In this document: positions 50,501-63,512 of the stretch, one piece after another | Position numbering within the stretch: position 1 is the first letter of the stretch | How the letters are laid out: each line of letters opens with the position of its first letter | From: Octopus sinensis | Taxonomy: Eukaryota | Reading direction: 5' to 3' | Length of the DNA: 64,000 nucleotides | NCBI RefSeq assembly: GCF_006345805.1 | Contig: NC_043006.1 | Coordinates: forward strand, 23,126,001 to 23,190,000 | Translations under genes and position numbers: made by a program | Notes under the pieces: model-generated | Database searches by the model: none | Seen by the model: the letters and a program-made list of their open reading frames with translations, nothing else | Told to the model about the DNA's origin: nothing

Positions 50501-51206
50501 ATCCTAGTTATATAATATAGTCTAGTGATAGAATAAGCATTTCTGAAACAACCTCTGTAACGTAATATACCCAACAACATCAGTGAAAAACCACGGGGAT
50601 GCGTTTGATATCCGACGGGATGGGCCACGCATATTGCTGTGAAGTTCTGAACCATTCTCGCAAAAAGAAACTTAGGTAACAATGCAGAACTAGGGTTGCT
50701 TTATTTGTATCGTAATCTCTATGACCATGTGTGGCAGATAGGTTCAGAGGCCGTAAAAAAACTATATACACGTTCTATGTTATATAAGATTAATAAAATT
50801 ATGGAATTCAACTTTAGTCACTTCCAGTTTCTATCACAATTTACTTTCACTTTTGTACAACACTAAACTGCATGTTAACTTACCCTTTTGGCCTTCTTAA
50901 CATAAAATGCAGGGTGTAACAGCTAGAGAGAGAGAAGAGGGGGGTAGAGAGAGATTTGAGAGGGGCTGAGGTACTCATTTTCAGTTGCTTAAACTGAAGC
51001 AACATAAAGTGGTGTGCATTATTGAAAGATATGCTGTGCTACACAGTACAGGAACGAAAACCACGACCTTATTGATTTTTTGCCCAATATTTTAAGTTCT
51101 AGGGAACCCTCCTCCATTTCACACAGTGAAATATATACGCGCGCGCACACTTATACACACATACATACACATACACACATATATATGCACATATATATAC
51201 ACATAC

Positions 51207-51258
<52 letters not shown>

Positions 51259-51309
51259 TATATACATACATATAAATATGTATAGACATACAGGTGTATA
51301 TATATATAT

Positions 51310-51340
<31 letters not shown>

Positions 51341-51344
51341 TATA

Positions 51345-51607
51345 GGCGTAGGAGTGGCTGTGTGGTAAGTAGCTTGCTTACGAACCACATGCTTCCGGGT
51401 TCAGTCCCACTGCGTGGCACCTTGGGCAAGTGTCTTCTACTATAGCCTTGTGAGTGGATTTGGTAGACGGAAACTGAAAGAAGCTCGTCGTATATATGTA
51501 TGTATGCATGTATATATATAATACTTTATTTGTTCCACGTCCTCGCGTTGTTGTGTTTTTTTGTTGTTTGTGTTTTCTTGTTTGGATTAACTATATATAT
51601 ATATATG

Positions 51608-51654
<47 letters not shown>

Positions 51655-52045
51655 TGTGTATACGTTTGTCTCCCCAACATCGCTTGACAACCGATGTTGG
51701 TGTGTTTACGTCAAAGTTACGGTTCAGCAAAAGAGACCGATAAAATACTCGGCTTACAAAGAATAAGTCCTGGGGTCGATTACTCGACTAAGGCGGTGCT
51801 CCAGTATGGCCCAATCAAATGACTGAAACAAGTAAAAGAGTAATATATATATATATATAATATATATATAATATATATAATATATATATATATTTTACTC
51901 TTGACTGAAACAAGTAAAAGAGTAATTATATATTATATATATATATTATATAATATATATATAATATATATTACTCTTTTACTTGTTTCAGTCATTTGAT
52001 TGGGGCCATACTGGAGCACCGCCTTTAGTCGAGTAAATCGACCCC
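51345..52045 (+). mobile_element. SINE family B with inverted duplication of its 3' tail
   Basis: Tail 51772-51846 is mirrored at ~51967-52045. Confidence 0.85.
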
Positions 52046-52125
52046 ATATATATACATATATATATAATATATATATATAATATATATATATATATATTAT
52101 ATATATATATTATATATATATATAT

Positions 52126-52173
<48 letters not shown>

Positions 52174-52176
52174 TTA

Positions 52177-52480
52177 GGGAGGTGCAATGGCCTAATGGTT
52201 AGGGCAGCGGACTCGCGGTCGTAGGATCGCGGTTTCGATTCCCAGACCGGGCGTGTGAGTGTTTATTGAGCGAAAACACCTAAAGCTCCACGAGGCTCCG
52301 GCAGGGGGTGGTGGCAATCCCTGCTGTACTCTTTCGCCAAACTTTCTCTCACTCTTTCTTCTATTGGCCTGCTCGCTAGCAGCCGGGGGGGGGTGGCGTC
52401 ATTTGAAGGCTAAAACAATGCGAAGCACATTGTGACCTGCGATGTGTAACAACATCTGATAGCGTGGTCGGTCACAGTGA
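52177..52480 (+). mobile_element. SINE family C
   Basis: Matches 47726-48035. Confidence 0.85.
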
Positions 52481-53356
52481 TATATATATAGATAGATAGA
52501 TAGATAGATAGATAGAGCGAGAGAGAAAAATAGATAGATAAACAATGCACACACTCATACATACATTACATACATACATATACACATATATACATATATA
52601 TATATATTTGTCTTACACGCAAAAGTTGTTTTGCTATTGTTATATAGCCCCAGAAAACCTGCTGTATAGAAAACCTGCTCCCCAACCTCATGGTTCCGGG
52701 TTCAGTTCCACTGCGTGACACCTTACGCAGGTGTCTTCTACTATAGCTTCGATCCACCCCCAATCATATTTGTGTGTGTGTATGTGTGTATGGCTTTGTA
52801 TCTTGTATGTTTTAAAGACAATAGTGTGTGACTTGTGGGAGAATTTGCTGCTATTTCTAACATCATGAGTGACAACGTAGAAGCTGTATTGATGTCTAGA
52901 ACGTACATGTGATGTAAAATTGTGTAAGAAGAAATGCCAAAAATCAATAAGGAACGGAGGAAAAGCTGAAAGCAAATAAATTGAGCAAGAATCAAATATG
53001 ACTCCAAAAGTAGTTGAGAAATGTTTCCCCCTCTAAGGCCACAGCAACTTCCTTCTAATATAACAACTTTATTTTCAGAGGTTTAGATAAGATGTTTGAA
53101 ATTCTCGGCTTCAAGACTGATTGCTTGTTTTGTACATAGAGGGAAAAACTTGCATAATATATAGGGGTTATAAAAAAGCCAATATTTTCTTTTTCTCTAA
53201 AAAAAAAAAAACAGTTCGAAAAATAATCTATTTTTGAAATTTTAATCGCTATGCAACTTTTGGCCCGCGGTGAAGTACTTAGTATAACATTCCACAACCA
53301 TCCCCACCAGATTAGTCAAAAGAAGAGATTTATAGACCCTGCTGATCCCTTGTAAA

Positions 53357-53562
53357 TTTACTCTTTTACTCTTTTACTTGTTTCAGTCATTTGACTGCGG
53401 CCATGCTGGAGCAACGCCTTTTAATCGAGCAAATCGACCCCGGGACTTATTCTTTGTAAGCCCAGTACTTATTCTATCGATCTCTTTTGCCCAAATGCTA
53501 AGTTACGGGGACGTAAACACACCAGCATCAGTTGTCAAGCAATGCTAGGGGGACAAACACAA

Positions 53563-53623
<61 letters not shown>

Positions 53624-53780
53624 ATATATATATACATATATACGACAGGCTTCTTTCAGTTTCCGTCTACCAAGTCCACTCACAAGGCATTGGTCGGCCC
53701 GGGGCTATAGCAGAAGACACTTGCCCAAGATGCCACGCAGTGGGACTGAACCCGGAACCATGTGGTTGGTTAGCAAGCTA
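53357..53780 (-). mobile_element. SINE family B, full length
   Basis: Minus-strand head ggagtggctgtgtggtaag, CORE-like ggcatcttgggcaagtgtc, tail gcatggccgcagtcaaatgactgaaacaag(taaaagag)n. Confidence 0.9.
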
Positions 53781-54044
53781 CTTACCACACAGCCACTCCT
53801 CTTAAATTCTAATTCCTAAATGAATGTTCTTAATTCTTAATCATGAAGAAATTCGATAACAAATATTCACCAGGTGAATAAAGATAAAGGGGCTTTATAT
53901 ACACCAGAGATCTCCAACCACCTGACTGTGGACCTGTAAAGGGCCATGGAACATTTGGTCCTGGGCCACACAAAAAGAATAAATTTAAAAAATTGTATTT
54001 CTCTTTTAGAGATTATCGCAATCTCTAAAGTCTTTTTGCGCAAC

Positions 54045-54345
54045 TGTATAGAAAACTTGCTTCCCAACCACATGGTTCCGGGTTCAGTCCCGCTCCGTGG
54101 CACCTCATGCAGGTGCCTTCTACTATAGCTTCGAGCCAGCCCAACTCATATTTGTTTATGTGTGTGTGTGTGTACGTCTTTGTATCGAGTTTGTCCCTCA
54201 CCATCACTGGACAACCGGTGTTGGCGTGTTTACGTCCCCGTAATTTAGCGGTTCTGCAAAGGAAATGGACAGAATAAGTGCCAGGCTTTAATAAAAAAAA
54301 AAGTACTGGAGTCGATTCGCGCTGCCCAGTGACTGAAATAAGTAA
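54045..54345 (+). mobile_element. SINE family B, partial
   Basis: Head and body match. Confidence 0.75.
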
Positions 54346-54496
54346 ATATACATACATACATACAATATATATATATATATATATATATAATATAATATGT
54401 ACATACATACATACATATATATATATATATACATACATACATAATATATATATATAATATATATATATATATATACATACATACATATATATACAA

Positions 54497-54527
<31 letters not shown>

Positions 54528-54796
54528 ATATATGTGTATGTTAATATATATGTATGTATATATATATGTATGTATATATATATGTATGTATATATATATG
54601 TTATATATATGTAGTATATATATATGTATATATATATATATGTATATTTACACACACACACACACAAATATATATATATACATATATATTAATTAGAGAC
54701 AAAACCACTATTATACAAATCAAACAAAGAAAGACTTAATCCAATACATAAAATTTTTTATATAAATTAAATATAATTAAGATTAATTATATATAT

Positions 54797-55543
54797 GGTG
54801 TCAAGTCAATTCGTCGACGGCAATTTGTCGTCGTTTAATTTGTCCCCAGTCAATTCGTCGTTGGTCAGTTCGTCGAGATCATAGGAATTAAAAAAGGTTT
54901 ATTTTAAGGTTTGCTGTTTTACATATTTATTTTTTCTTAAAATTTAAGAAAGTGTGCAATTGCTTTTAGAAAAAATAATTTTGGGGCTTGGATCATATTT
55001 TTCCATGACATTTTTTATACGCAAGTTCATATCTCTGTATCTTTTCTTTTGGCTTGGTTGTTTTCCTTGGCATAAACTTCTGCAATTTGGTAGTGGCAAA
55101 CATTTCCTCACGTTTAATCATATCAATAAGTTTCCAAATTTCAATCTATCTGCATTCTGCTTAAGGTTGTGTATATATAATTTTCTTGATCGATCACTTG
55201 AGTTTTCCTTTCTCTGAAGTTATGAACTTGCAGGTAGTCATGTTGATGGACAGGCGTAATGAAAACATTTAATTCGATTTGCTTGAAAATCTTTGTTCGT
55301 AAACTGCTCAGCGCAGACACTTGAGAGAGAGTGGGGGTAAAGAAAGGAAAAAATATCTAAAACTGTCCAACCACAATTTTAATTCTAGTGATTGTTCTAA
55401 ACTTTCCCTCGAAAATCACATTTAAGGGTATTTTGGGATGAATTGACCAGTGACGAATTGACCTGGGAATAAATTGATCACGATGAATTGATTGGGGATA
55501 AATTACCGACGACGAAATAACCGGGGGCGAAGTGTCCTAGCAC
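54797..55543. mobile_element. MITE-like DNA element with subterminal (g/t)caatt(c/t)gtc repeats in inverted orientation
   Basis: Left end has repeated caattcgtcg; right end has repeated gacgaattga/atgaattga. Flanked by (TA)n. Confidence 0.6.
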
Positions 55544-56886
55544 TATATATATATATATATATATAGTATATACGTAATAATCAAATTACAAATGCACTTC
55601 TTTGTTATGCGCGTGACTTCCCGGTTCATGGAAAAATTGTCATTTACATGAAACCAGTACGTGGGAACCGTTGATGTACACTATTTTTAAACAATATCAG
55701 GTCAGGATATTTAAAGTTGGAGCGCCAATCAAGGCTATTCCACAGCAATAACAGCTATTCCACGGCAATAACAACAACATATAAGCCAGAGAATTATCAC
55801 TTAACCGTAACGAGATAGCAGACAGGTAGCAAAAATTTCCACGCAAGCGCAGGATGGGTGGCATCACCTGCCACCTAAAGCCTTTGCCTGCGCGGCATTT
55901 GTTTTGACGGGAAGAAATAAAGTCTCATACTTTTTGAGCGCATCTCATTCCGTATTAACTTGTGTATAAGTTGCATCCTAGTTTTTTCAGTTATGATAAA
56001 GTATAAAATAGTGCGGTTTATGCACGAGTAAACACAGTATAAATGTATGTATGCACACACATTAATACACGCACGCACGAACACGTGCACACACACACAC
56101 ACACATGCATCGCATACATACACAAAAAGGGTTTGAAAACGGTTGAGCATATATGTTCCATATCACTATAAAAATAGGAAACTGACATTATCACTGTAAC
56201 GACTACATTTTCATTCCAAGAAGTAATTAGAATTAAACCATAGGACGAAAGGGAATTAATAAAACATGCCTCAATAAAAATACTTAAATTTTAAAAATTA
56301 ATTATTTTCTATGTATTTCCTTTCCTATTGTTTTTTTTTTCTTAAAAACATTACTTCAAAAATGCCTTTTCTATTTTAGTTTTTCGAAGATCAATACAAA
56401 GACGTATGTATTCATTCTTAATACGTTCTGCAAGATTCGAACGTATATGTGCCTATCGCTGCTGTATTTCTTCTTCAGGTAACAACTTTCAGACGATGTG
56501 CATTCTCCACATATTCGATTCATTTGTATTAAGAGGCTTTCAGATACCGCGATGTTTCGATTTGGCTGTATCTCTCCTGTTAAAACTATCTCCCACCCTC
56601 GATCAATGAATCTAAACAAGAATTACGGCCCTTGTTTATAAAATTTCAGAAACAAAGTATTTGCTGATATCTCGCTTCCTCTCATTAATCTGTGCATGTC
56701 ATTCCTGCAGCTATCGTCTTGTAAATTTGCGAGGGAACATTAAACAAGTGTCCATCTCAACTGTCTTCTAACTATCCCAATTATATATACATATAAAAGC
56801 GACAGAAAGTAGTCTTTGTCTCAAGCTTATCGTGAATGTTGTGAATACAGAATATTGCGTTCTTTATCTTGAGAGAACCTCTCATA

Positions 56887-57000
56887 GTAGTGAATAAAAC
56901 AGTGATAAATGGACTCGTAGTGAATAAAACAGTGATAAATGGACTCGTAGTGAATAAAACAGTGATAAATGGACTCGTAGTGAATAAAGCAGTGATAAAT
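56887..57000. repeat. 30-bp minisatellite, ~3.8 copies (gtagtgaataaaacagtgataaatggactc)
   Basis: Direct reading. Confidence 0.95.
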
Positions 57001-57304
57001 AGAATATCAGTGCCTGAATGGACACTGATATTATATATATGGCTGACGGTAGATTCGACAGTTATGATGCACCCAAATGTTTTTTCATTAAAGTGCTCAA
57101 AACAGCGAAATCACGTGATCAGGGAATTCCGATGGCCGTAGGAGGCAGTGATCGTCAGTCAACGATATCAATACGAGTGATTTTGCGCACCACGAGTCCA
57201 CTCAAATAACACGGTATTGCGTGTTCTAATATATATATTAGTCGTCTACGTATTCATTGACAATTATGCACTCGTATATTTATCAGTACAGTAGGCACGT
57301 TAAT

Positions 57305-57598
57305 CAAAGTGTACATTATTATAAATCCATCACGGCCGATCTTACCACTTGATATCACCCTTTCTCAATTCGCTTCCTATAGCCTCGTTTCGTCTTTTTA
57401 TTTTTTTTTACAGCATCCATAAACCGGATGTAACTTTTCACGTCCAATCAGTCACCGTATTTTTTTCCATACCTGCTAGCTCTGAAGAGCACGCGGTATT
57501 TACTTAACCATGCTGTTACCTAACGTCCGGTTTTAAAACCTATTGCGAAACCAGTTGGTAAGATCGGCCGTAATGGATCTATAATACTGTACACTTTG
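57305..57598. mobile_element. ~295-bp MITE with ~43-bp TIRs
   Basis: caaagtgtaca(t/g)tattata(a/g)atccat(c/t)acggccgatcttacca at both ends, plus inner aaaccgga inverted repeats. Confidence 0.8.
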
Positions 57599-59099
57599 GT
57601 TTATCTACATCTCTTTCTCTCCTTTCTCTCTCTTTCTCTCTCTCTCTCTCTGTATACACACACACACATATAGTGAGACAGAGGGGGAAAGAAAGACAGC
57701 CAAGGAAGAAGACAAGAGGAAAGGGGACAGATAATAGAGAGAGAGAGAGAGGGGGAGAGAGAGAAAGAGAGAGAGATAGTGGAAGGGAGAGAAACAGACA
57801 GATAGACAGACAGAAAGCAGAGCTTCTGTGTATGGATGGATATGTACAAACATTGGAGTGAGTAGTCAAAACATATCCGTAAAAATTTCTTCATGTGTTT
57901 TCTTTGTAACTAATCTTAACTGTTATTAAAACCGTGTCACACACTACGTACGGGGCATGAGTCTGAAACAAAATCAAGACATCTAACATTTGTTGATTAG
58001 GCAGTGTATTTAGTGGTCTGGTAAATAAAATAAAAAAAGAAGGAAAAAAGGGGAGGTTGGTGAAAGAATTGGGCGTATTCTTTTGCTCAATTGGAGAGAA
58101 AACAACGTATATGCGAAGAAAAATTTTTAGTTATGCAGTGAGCGATGCTTTCAGTTTTGTCTTGCGAACACGGTTTCAAGGGATCGAAAAGGCGTGCCGC
58201 TAAATTGCTTAAAATTCATGATCCGTTCATTGGCTAAGTTGCAAATCATCCAACAGATGCTATAGCGGCCGCTTATGTCAACAACACTTCTGTGCTACTT
58301 AAACATATCTATGAACAGAAACGGAAATACACCTTGGAAGATATCGGTTTCACAATCAAAAAGTAAACGTTTGAGAAGCCCTTCCCTTCCATGCCTGATA
58401 TTATTTATCCGCTTGAAGCACATGCAACCATGTGGAAACTTCACTTTAGCGGAAACTCATTCACACCGGCTAAGTCCTTCACTTCAACAGTAATCACAGC
58501 TACCAGCTGTCAGAAAAGTTATAGTCACATCTTTCTCCCTGGAATACAGATACACCGAACAAACTCGGTTTTGTATACGCTAGTTCCATGTGAAACACCT
58601 TTAAAAGACATTTGTAGCGAGTGTGTACCTACCTAACATGTACAATCGCCATAACATGAATTCCATTTAAAAACAATGATACATACGCACACACACGTAC
58701 GCACATACATAAACATTTTATACACACACGCACATACACAAACGGTCACATACACATGCGCGCGCACACATACACACACTATAAAAACAGAGTTGCACTT
58801 GTGTAGCCATAAAAAAATAGCTTTACCGAAATGACCCGAGATGCCACTGTAGTTGGTGCGAAATTAGCAACATAAATAACATCAACAACAATAACAACAA
58901 AAGCAAAACCCACATTTACCGCCAGCATCATCATTGCTACCATCCTCATCATCACTCTAAACGAGACAAAAGAGCTTCTATGTGGTCTCTCGACCTGCTA
59001 GAAATAACACCCAAATCACATCTTATCGTTTTTAAAGAGAGAATCCAAATCTCTCACATCAACATCTCTGATCTGAATATCAATATAGCAGTTTTCTAA

Positions 59100-59850
59100 T
59101 TATTCAGGATCAGTCTTGTTCCCCATCGAGGTAGACTATCAACAATTAAGGACACTCATTTCAACTCTTTATCCTTTCTTCACAGCGAATCTCCCTTAAC
59201 ATCAATGATCAAGCCAGACAACTATGATATTTGATTGAGAATGGTATAGATCAGCTATTTCCGAGGAACTTATGATACCACCGTAGGAATCATAGGACAA
59301 ACAGAAAGAGGCGACACAGCGAGTCTAGGAAGAAGATAGAGTATGACTAGTCAGAGTCTTCATGATAATCTAGTCGAATGCCCCGATTACTGAGCAGGCG
59401 AATGATACAATTTACCTACAAATGTCCTTCGACGCTTCTCATAATGCCAATACTGCCAACTGGTTCCCTTTGCAGCGAGCGCTGAAGCCACACATACAAG
59501 TAATACAGATTAAAACGCTTGGAAGGTATCAGTGATACGGGTAAATACGTAACTGGAGAAACAAATGGTACATTCATGCACCACATAGCTTGCAAGCTCT
59601 CTCAGTTCTCAAATTTCATGCACCTCCGCATTGCATATGCTGATTACCTCACCAAACTCTTTCCCTCTGTAGCATTTTTCTCGTCACCTCGTACACCATA
59701 GTTACGAAGCGCAAAACTTCCCCTAAACACTCCTAACCAACAAAGCTGCCGTCCATGGTGATGTTTTCTTTATCACCCTCCAAACACGCACCCAATAGGG
59801 TGCTCCTATCCTCATCAAATCATTCAATATTTCTGTCTTCATAAGGAATC
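59100..59850 (-). pseudogene. Possible highly degraded L1/Tx1-type LINE 3' fragment
   Basis: Weak remnants (LWCTR, MRRCMKFE); assigned by resemblance only. Confidence 0.25.
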
Positions 59851-60104
59851 TCTCTATATAATATATATACATGCATACATATATTTTTACATATATATAC
59901 AAAGACAAGAATATTTATGCATCTATACCTATGCAAACACGGGTGTGTATGAGAAAGTGTACTGTGTCTATACGCGTGTGTGCATACGTGTACTTCTGCG
60001 TGTTTGTATCAGCATACCAGTATGAATATGCATGTATGTGCAAATGTATATGTGAATAATGTACTACAATATGTGTGCGTATGCATTTGTGTGTATGTTG
60101 TATG

Positions 60105-60140
<36 letters not shown>

Positions 60141-60589
60141 TATATATATATATACGTCATATACTTATGTGTGTGTCCCTACTCCACCTTCTCTAGCCTT
60201 CCCATCCCCCCATCCTATCCCCTACACCCTCTCCCACATACCCCACCTCTATCCCCACCCTCTGCCCACCCACATACCCCAACTCTACCCCAACCCTCAG
60301 CCGAACCCACACGCCACCCGTGCTTTCCCCACGCACGCCTCCCCCACCTCCCAACAAAATCACACCACACCACACTACACCATACAACATTACACATCAC
60401 ATCACAACCCACCACCCACACACTAGCACTGACCAATTCCCATCCCCACATTTTCACACATACACATGCATACATGCACACGTCCAGACCACCAGCCCTC
60501 TTTCACACGCACATACATCTTCTCTTATACACACACGCACCTTCGTGTTGGGGGTCATCTTTACTTTGTTATCTCCCCTAATTCTTCGC

Positions 60590-60805
60590 TCTCCTGTCTG
60601 ACCCTTCTGTCGCCATGATAGATCGTTAGCCACTACACATATTTTATTTCTCTCCTTGTTTTTTTCTGTGTCCCTTTCTGTAGAAGAGCGCAGGCTCGAA
60701 ACGTAAAAGACTTTTTCTATTCCTGGGCGTTATACTAATACATCTGTTTGTTTTGTACACCACTTGCCTTCGTTTTTTGGTTTTTTTCGTAAACTTTCCC
60801 TATAT
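60590..60805 (+). mobile_element. Penelope-like terminal-repeat fragment with degenerate hammerhead (60674-60709)
   Basis: CUUU-CUGUAGA-A-GAGC gcag GCUC-GAAA-CG-UA-AAAG. Confidence 0.55.
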
Positions 60806-61248
60806 ACAATAGCGTCGTATTTATTACGATGCGTCGGTCTTTCTAAAATATTAAGTGAATATTGAATACAGTATTAATTTACGTCGCCCAGCAAAACAGC
60901 AATAACGTTCATACCATACTGCACTGTTAGTTCCGGACTGTATCGATTGGTTACGTTCGTATTCGCTCCGGGAAATAAATAAAAGAGCAATAGAAACATA
61001 TAATCTTTATAGTATAATAAAATTAGTGTTAAAATACAGTATGCATCATAAAGAATTAAAATTCATTTAAAAACAAAGACATTAAAAATGACAAGTTAAC
61101 GGTAATACAAATCAGAACACATGTACTAGTTCAGATGATTTCCGATAGGTAAGCATTCGTGTTCCAGTCGCGAGCTTTTCAGATGTGTTCACGTCGACAG
61201 TACTGTAAAATTTTGTACAATTATTTTTGTGATTTACGTCTTAGCCCC

Positions 61249-62040
61249 ATGGCTCCGAAGAAGAATCCTAGTGAAAGTGGTAAGCGTAAAGCCATATTGT
61301 TGGAAGATAAAGTAGATATGATAAAACGATATGAAAAAGGTGAAAAGACTGTAGCCATAGCACGAGCGTTTGGGGTGAGCCATATGACTGTATCAACGAT
61401 TGTGCAGGAGAGAGATAGGATTATGGCACATGTGAAAGATGATGCTCCAAGGATAAAAAAAACACCATCATCAACAGGACGAATTTACGAAGAGATGGAG
61501 CAGCTTCTTGCCTTTTGGGTTGAAAGGCAGAATCGTCAGCAAGCAAATTGTGGTCAAGAAATAATTCAGGAGAAAGCATTGTCTTTGAAGATTTGAAAAA
61601 GAAATATCCAGATAAGAAAGACGCAGAATTTAAGGCAAGGCAGGGATGGTTTATGAGGCTTAAGGAACTGCAGAATTTGCACTCTCTCAAAAAAAAACAA
61701 GATTAAAGCGCATCAGCTGACGATGTTGCTGCAGCGGAATTTTTTGCTATATTAGCGAAGATTATTGAAGGTAATTGATTTCTACCCGAAAATACAATGT
61801 TAATGAGACCGGTCTCTACTGGAAGAAATTACCAGATCGTTCTTTCATATCCAAAGAAGAGAAAAGAATTCCTGGCTACGAAGTATCAAAAGGTTAGACC
61901 TTAATGTTGGAAGGCAACTGTGCAGGCTAAAACCGCTGCGTGTGTGTCATGCACTGAACCCCCGAATTCTTAAGAACATACCAAAGGCATCTCTTCCTGT
62001 AATATAGATGGCCAATTCAAAGGCTTGGGTCACTGTCATT
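61249..62040 (+). pseudogene. Tigger/pogo-family transposase 5' portion, frameshifted and truncated
   Basis: MAPKK...KRKAILLEDKVDMIKRYEKGE (HTH), EEMEQLLAFW, IQEKALSL, FKARQGWF, NETGLYWKKLPDRSFISKEEK, ANSKAWVT. Confidence 0.9.
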
Positions 62041-62681
62041 GTTATTATTATTATTGAGTGAGAGAGCAGTGCATGCCATCAAAGTGACATTGGGGTAAAA
62101 TACACGAAGCCCAGTATACCCATCATGACTACCCACCTGAAGGGTACACCAGGCACATGCATCACAACCATATGTGCGCAACATGGTGATCTCATATCAA
62201 AATAAACAGCGCATGATCTTGCAGGTGGGGCCCAGTTAGAATTTTCTTCAGGTTGAGTAGCCCATCCCGCTCAAAAGGTCCCTGAATAAGGGTTGTTTAA
62301 GGATGTTGAAAGAACCACCCATGTTTCCAGAGGTGAATTATTCAATCCTCAAAGAATCCCTCTCAGCACATGGCTATGATGCTCCCCCACTACTTCTGCT
62401 CGTGATCAGAGATGCACATATCGTCAGCCACTAAGGGACATGCTCAACTGGTTAAGGTCAAACAACTGACAAGCAAATCTGTGGTATTGAGCAGAATATT
62501 TGCTGTAGCCCATCTTTTATACCAAGACAAAACAATGTACATGATAACACTTCCAATCAGTTAAGATCAGAAGCCATGAGAGCCACTGCCTGGTACTGCA
62601 CCAGGGCATATTGAGCAGAATATTTGCTGAAGCCCATCTTTTATACCAAGACAAAAAATGAACATGATATCACTTCCAATC
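62041..62681 (-). mobile_element. Retroposon 3' portion with (AAT)n tail truncating the Tigger element
   Basis: The minus strand ends in aataataataac at 62041. A ~73-bp internal duplication (62485-62558 / 62609-62681) lies at its 5' junction. Confidence 0.6.
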
Positions 62682-63280
62682 GCTATAGAAGACATGATAA
62701 TTCGGGTTAGGGTAGAGGGCAGGACCCCGCGTTGCTATACGTGTGGCCTGAAAGGCCACATTAGAGCGGACTGCTTTCTGCCGTCCAAAATGCCCCAAGA
62801 AAGACCCGTGAGCAGAGAGGAAGTCGCACCACCAGCGCCAACAAAAGAAAACGTAAGTACTATGGAAGAAGCAAACAAACTGAATGAATGGTAAACGGTC
62901 GGAAATAGAAGAAAAAGGAGGAAAAGTGAATGTAGATCTCCATCCCACGGCCAATCCACACCCACTTTGCCCCATCCTTCCCAAATCTTCCCACTCCCCT
63001 CCGACACAAAGAAAACCATTGACACGCAAGTACCTTAAAACTTCACCTCCCCCGGCCCTTGTTAAAAGAAAATACGTAATGATATGCGACGATTCAAATA
63101 TGGAACTCTGCAAAGAGATAGACACTTGGGAAGACGTAATAACAGTGACTACGACAACTTATATTGGGATACCATGGCGCTATAATTGTGTGCTGGCAAC
63201 CCAGGATCAAATGCCTAAAATAGTCAATTACAATGAAGACTTTGAATACAATGGAAAACAATGGACACCAGTCAGGTACC
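62682..63280 (+). pseudogene. L1/Tx1-type LINE ORF1 fragment with CCHC zinc knuckle
   Basis: IRVRVEGRTPRCYTCGLKGHIRADC (C-x2-C-x4-H-x4-C, 62733-62774), then EW.TVGNRRKRRK. Confidence 0.7.
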
Positions 63281-63512
63281 TATTTCTTTTACTACCCACA
63301 AGGGCTAAACATAGAGAGGACAAACAAGGACAGACAAACGGATTAAGTCGATTATATCGACTCCAGTGCGTAACTAGTACTTATTTAATCGACTCCGAAA
63401 GGATGAAAGGCAAAGTTGACCTCGGCGGAATTTGAACATAGAACGTAACGGCAGACGAAATACGGCTGCGCATTTCGCCCGGTGTGCTAACGTTTCTGCC
63501 AGCTCGCCGCCC
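63280..63512 (-). mobile_element. SINE family A, full length
   Basis: Family consensus match. Confidence 0.9.

Noticed and set aside
56887-57000. CRISPR-like array
   Set aside because: Pure tandem repeats without unique spacers, in a eukaryotic context with no cas genes.
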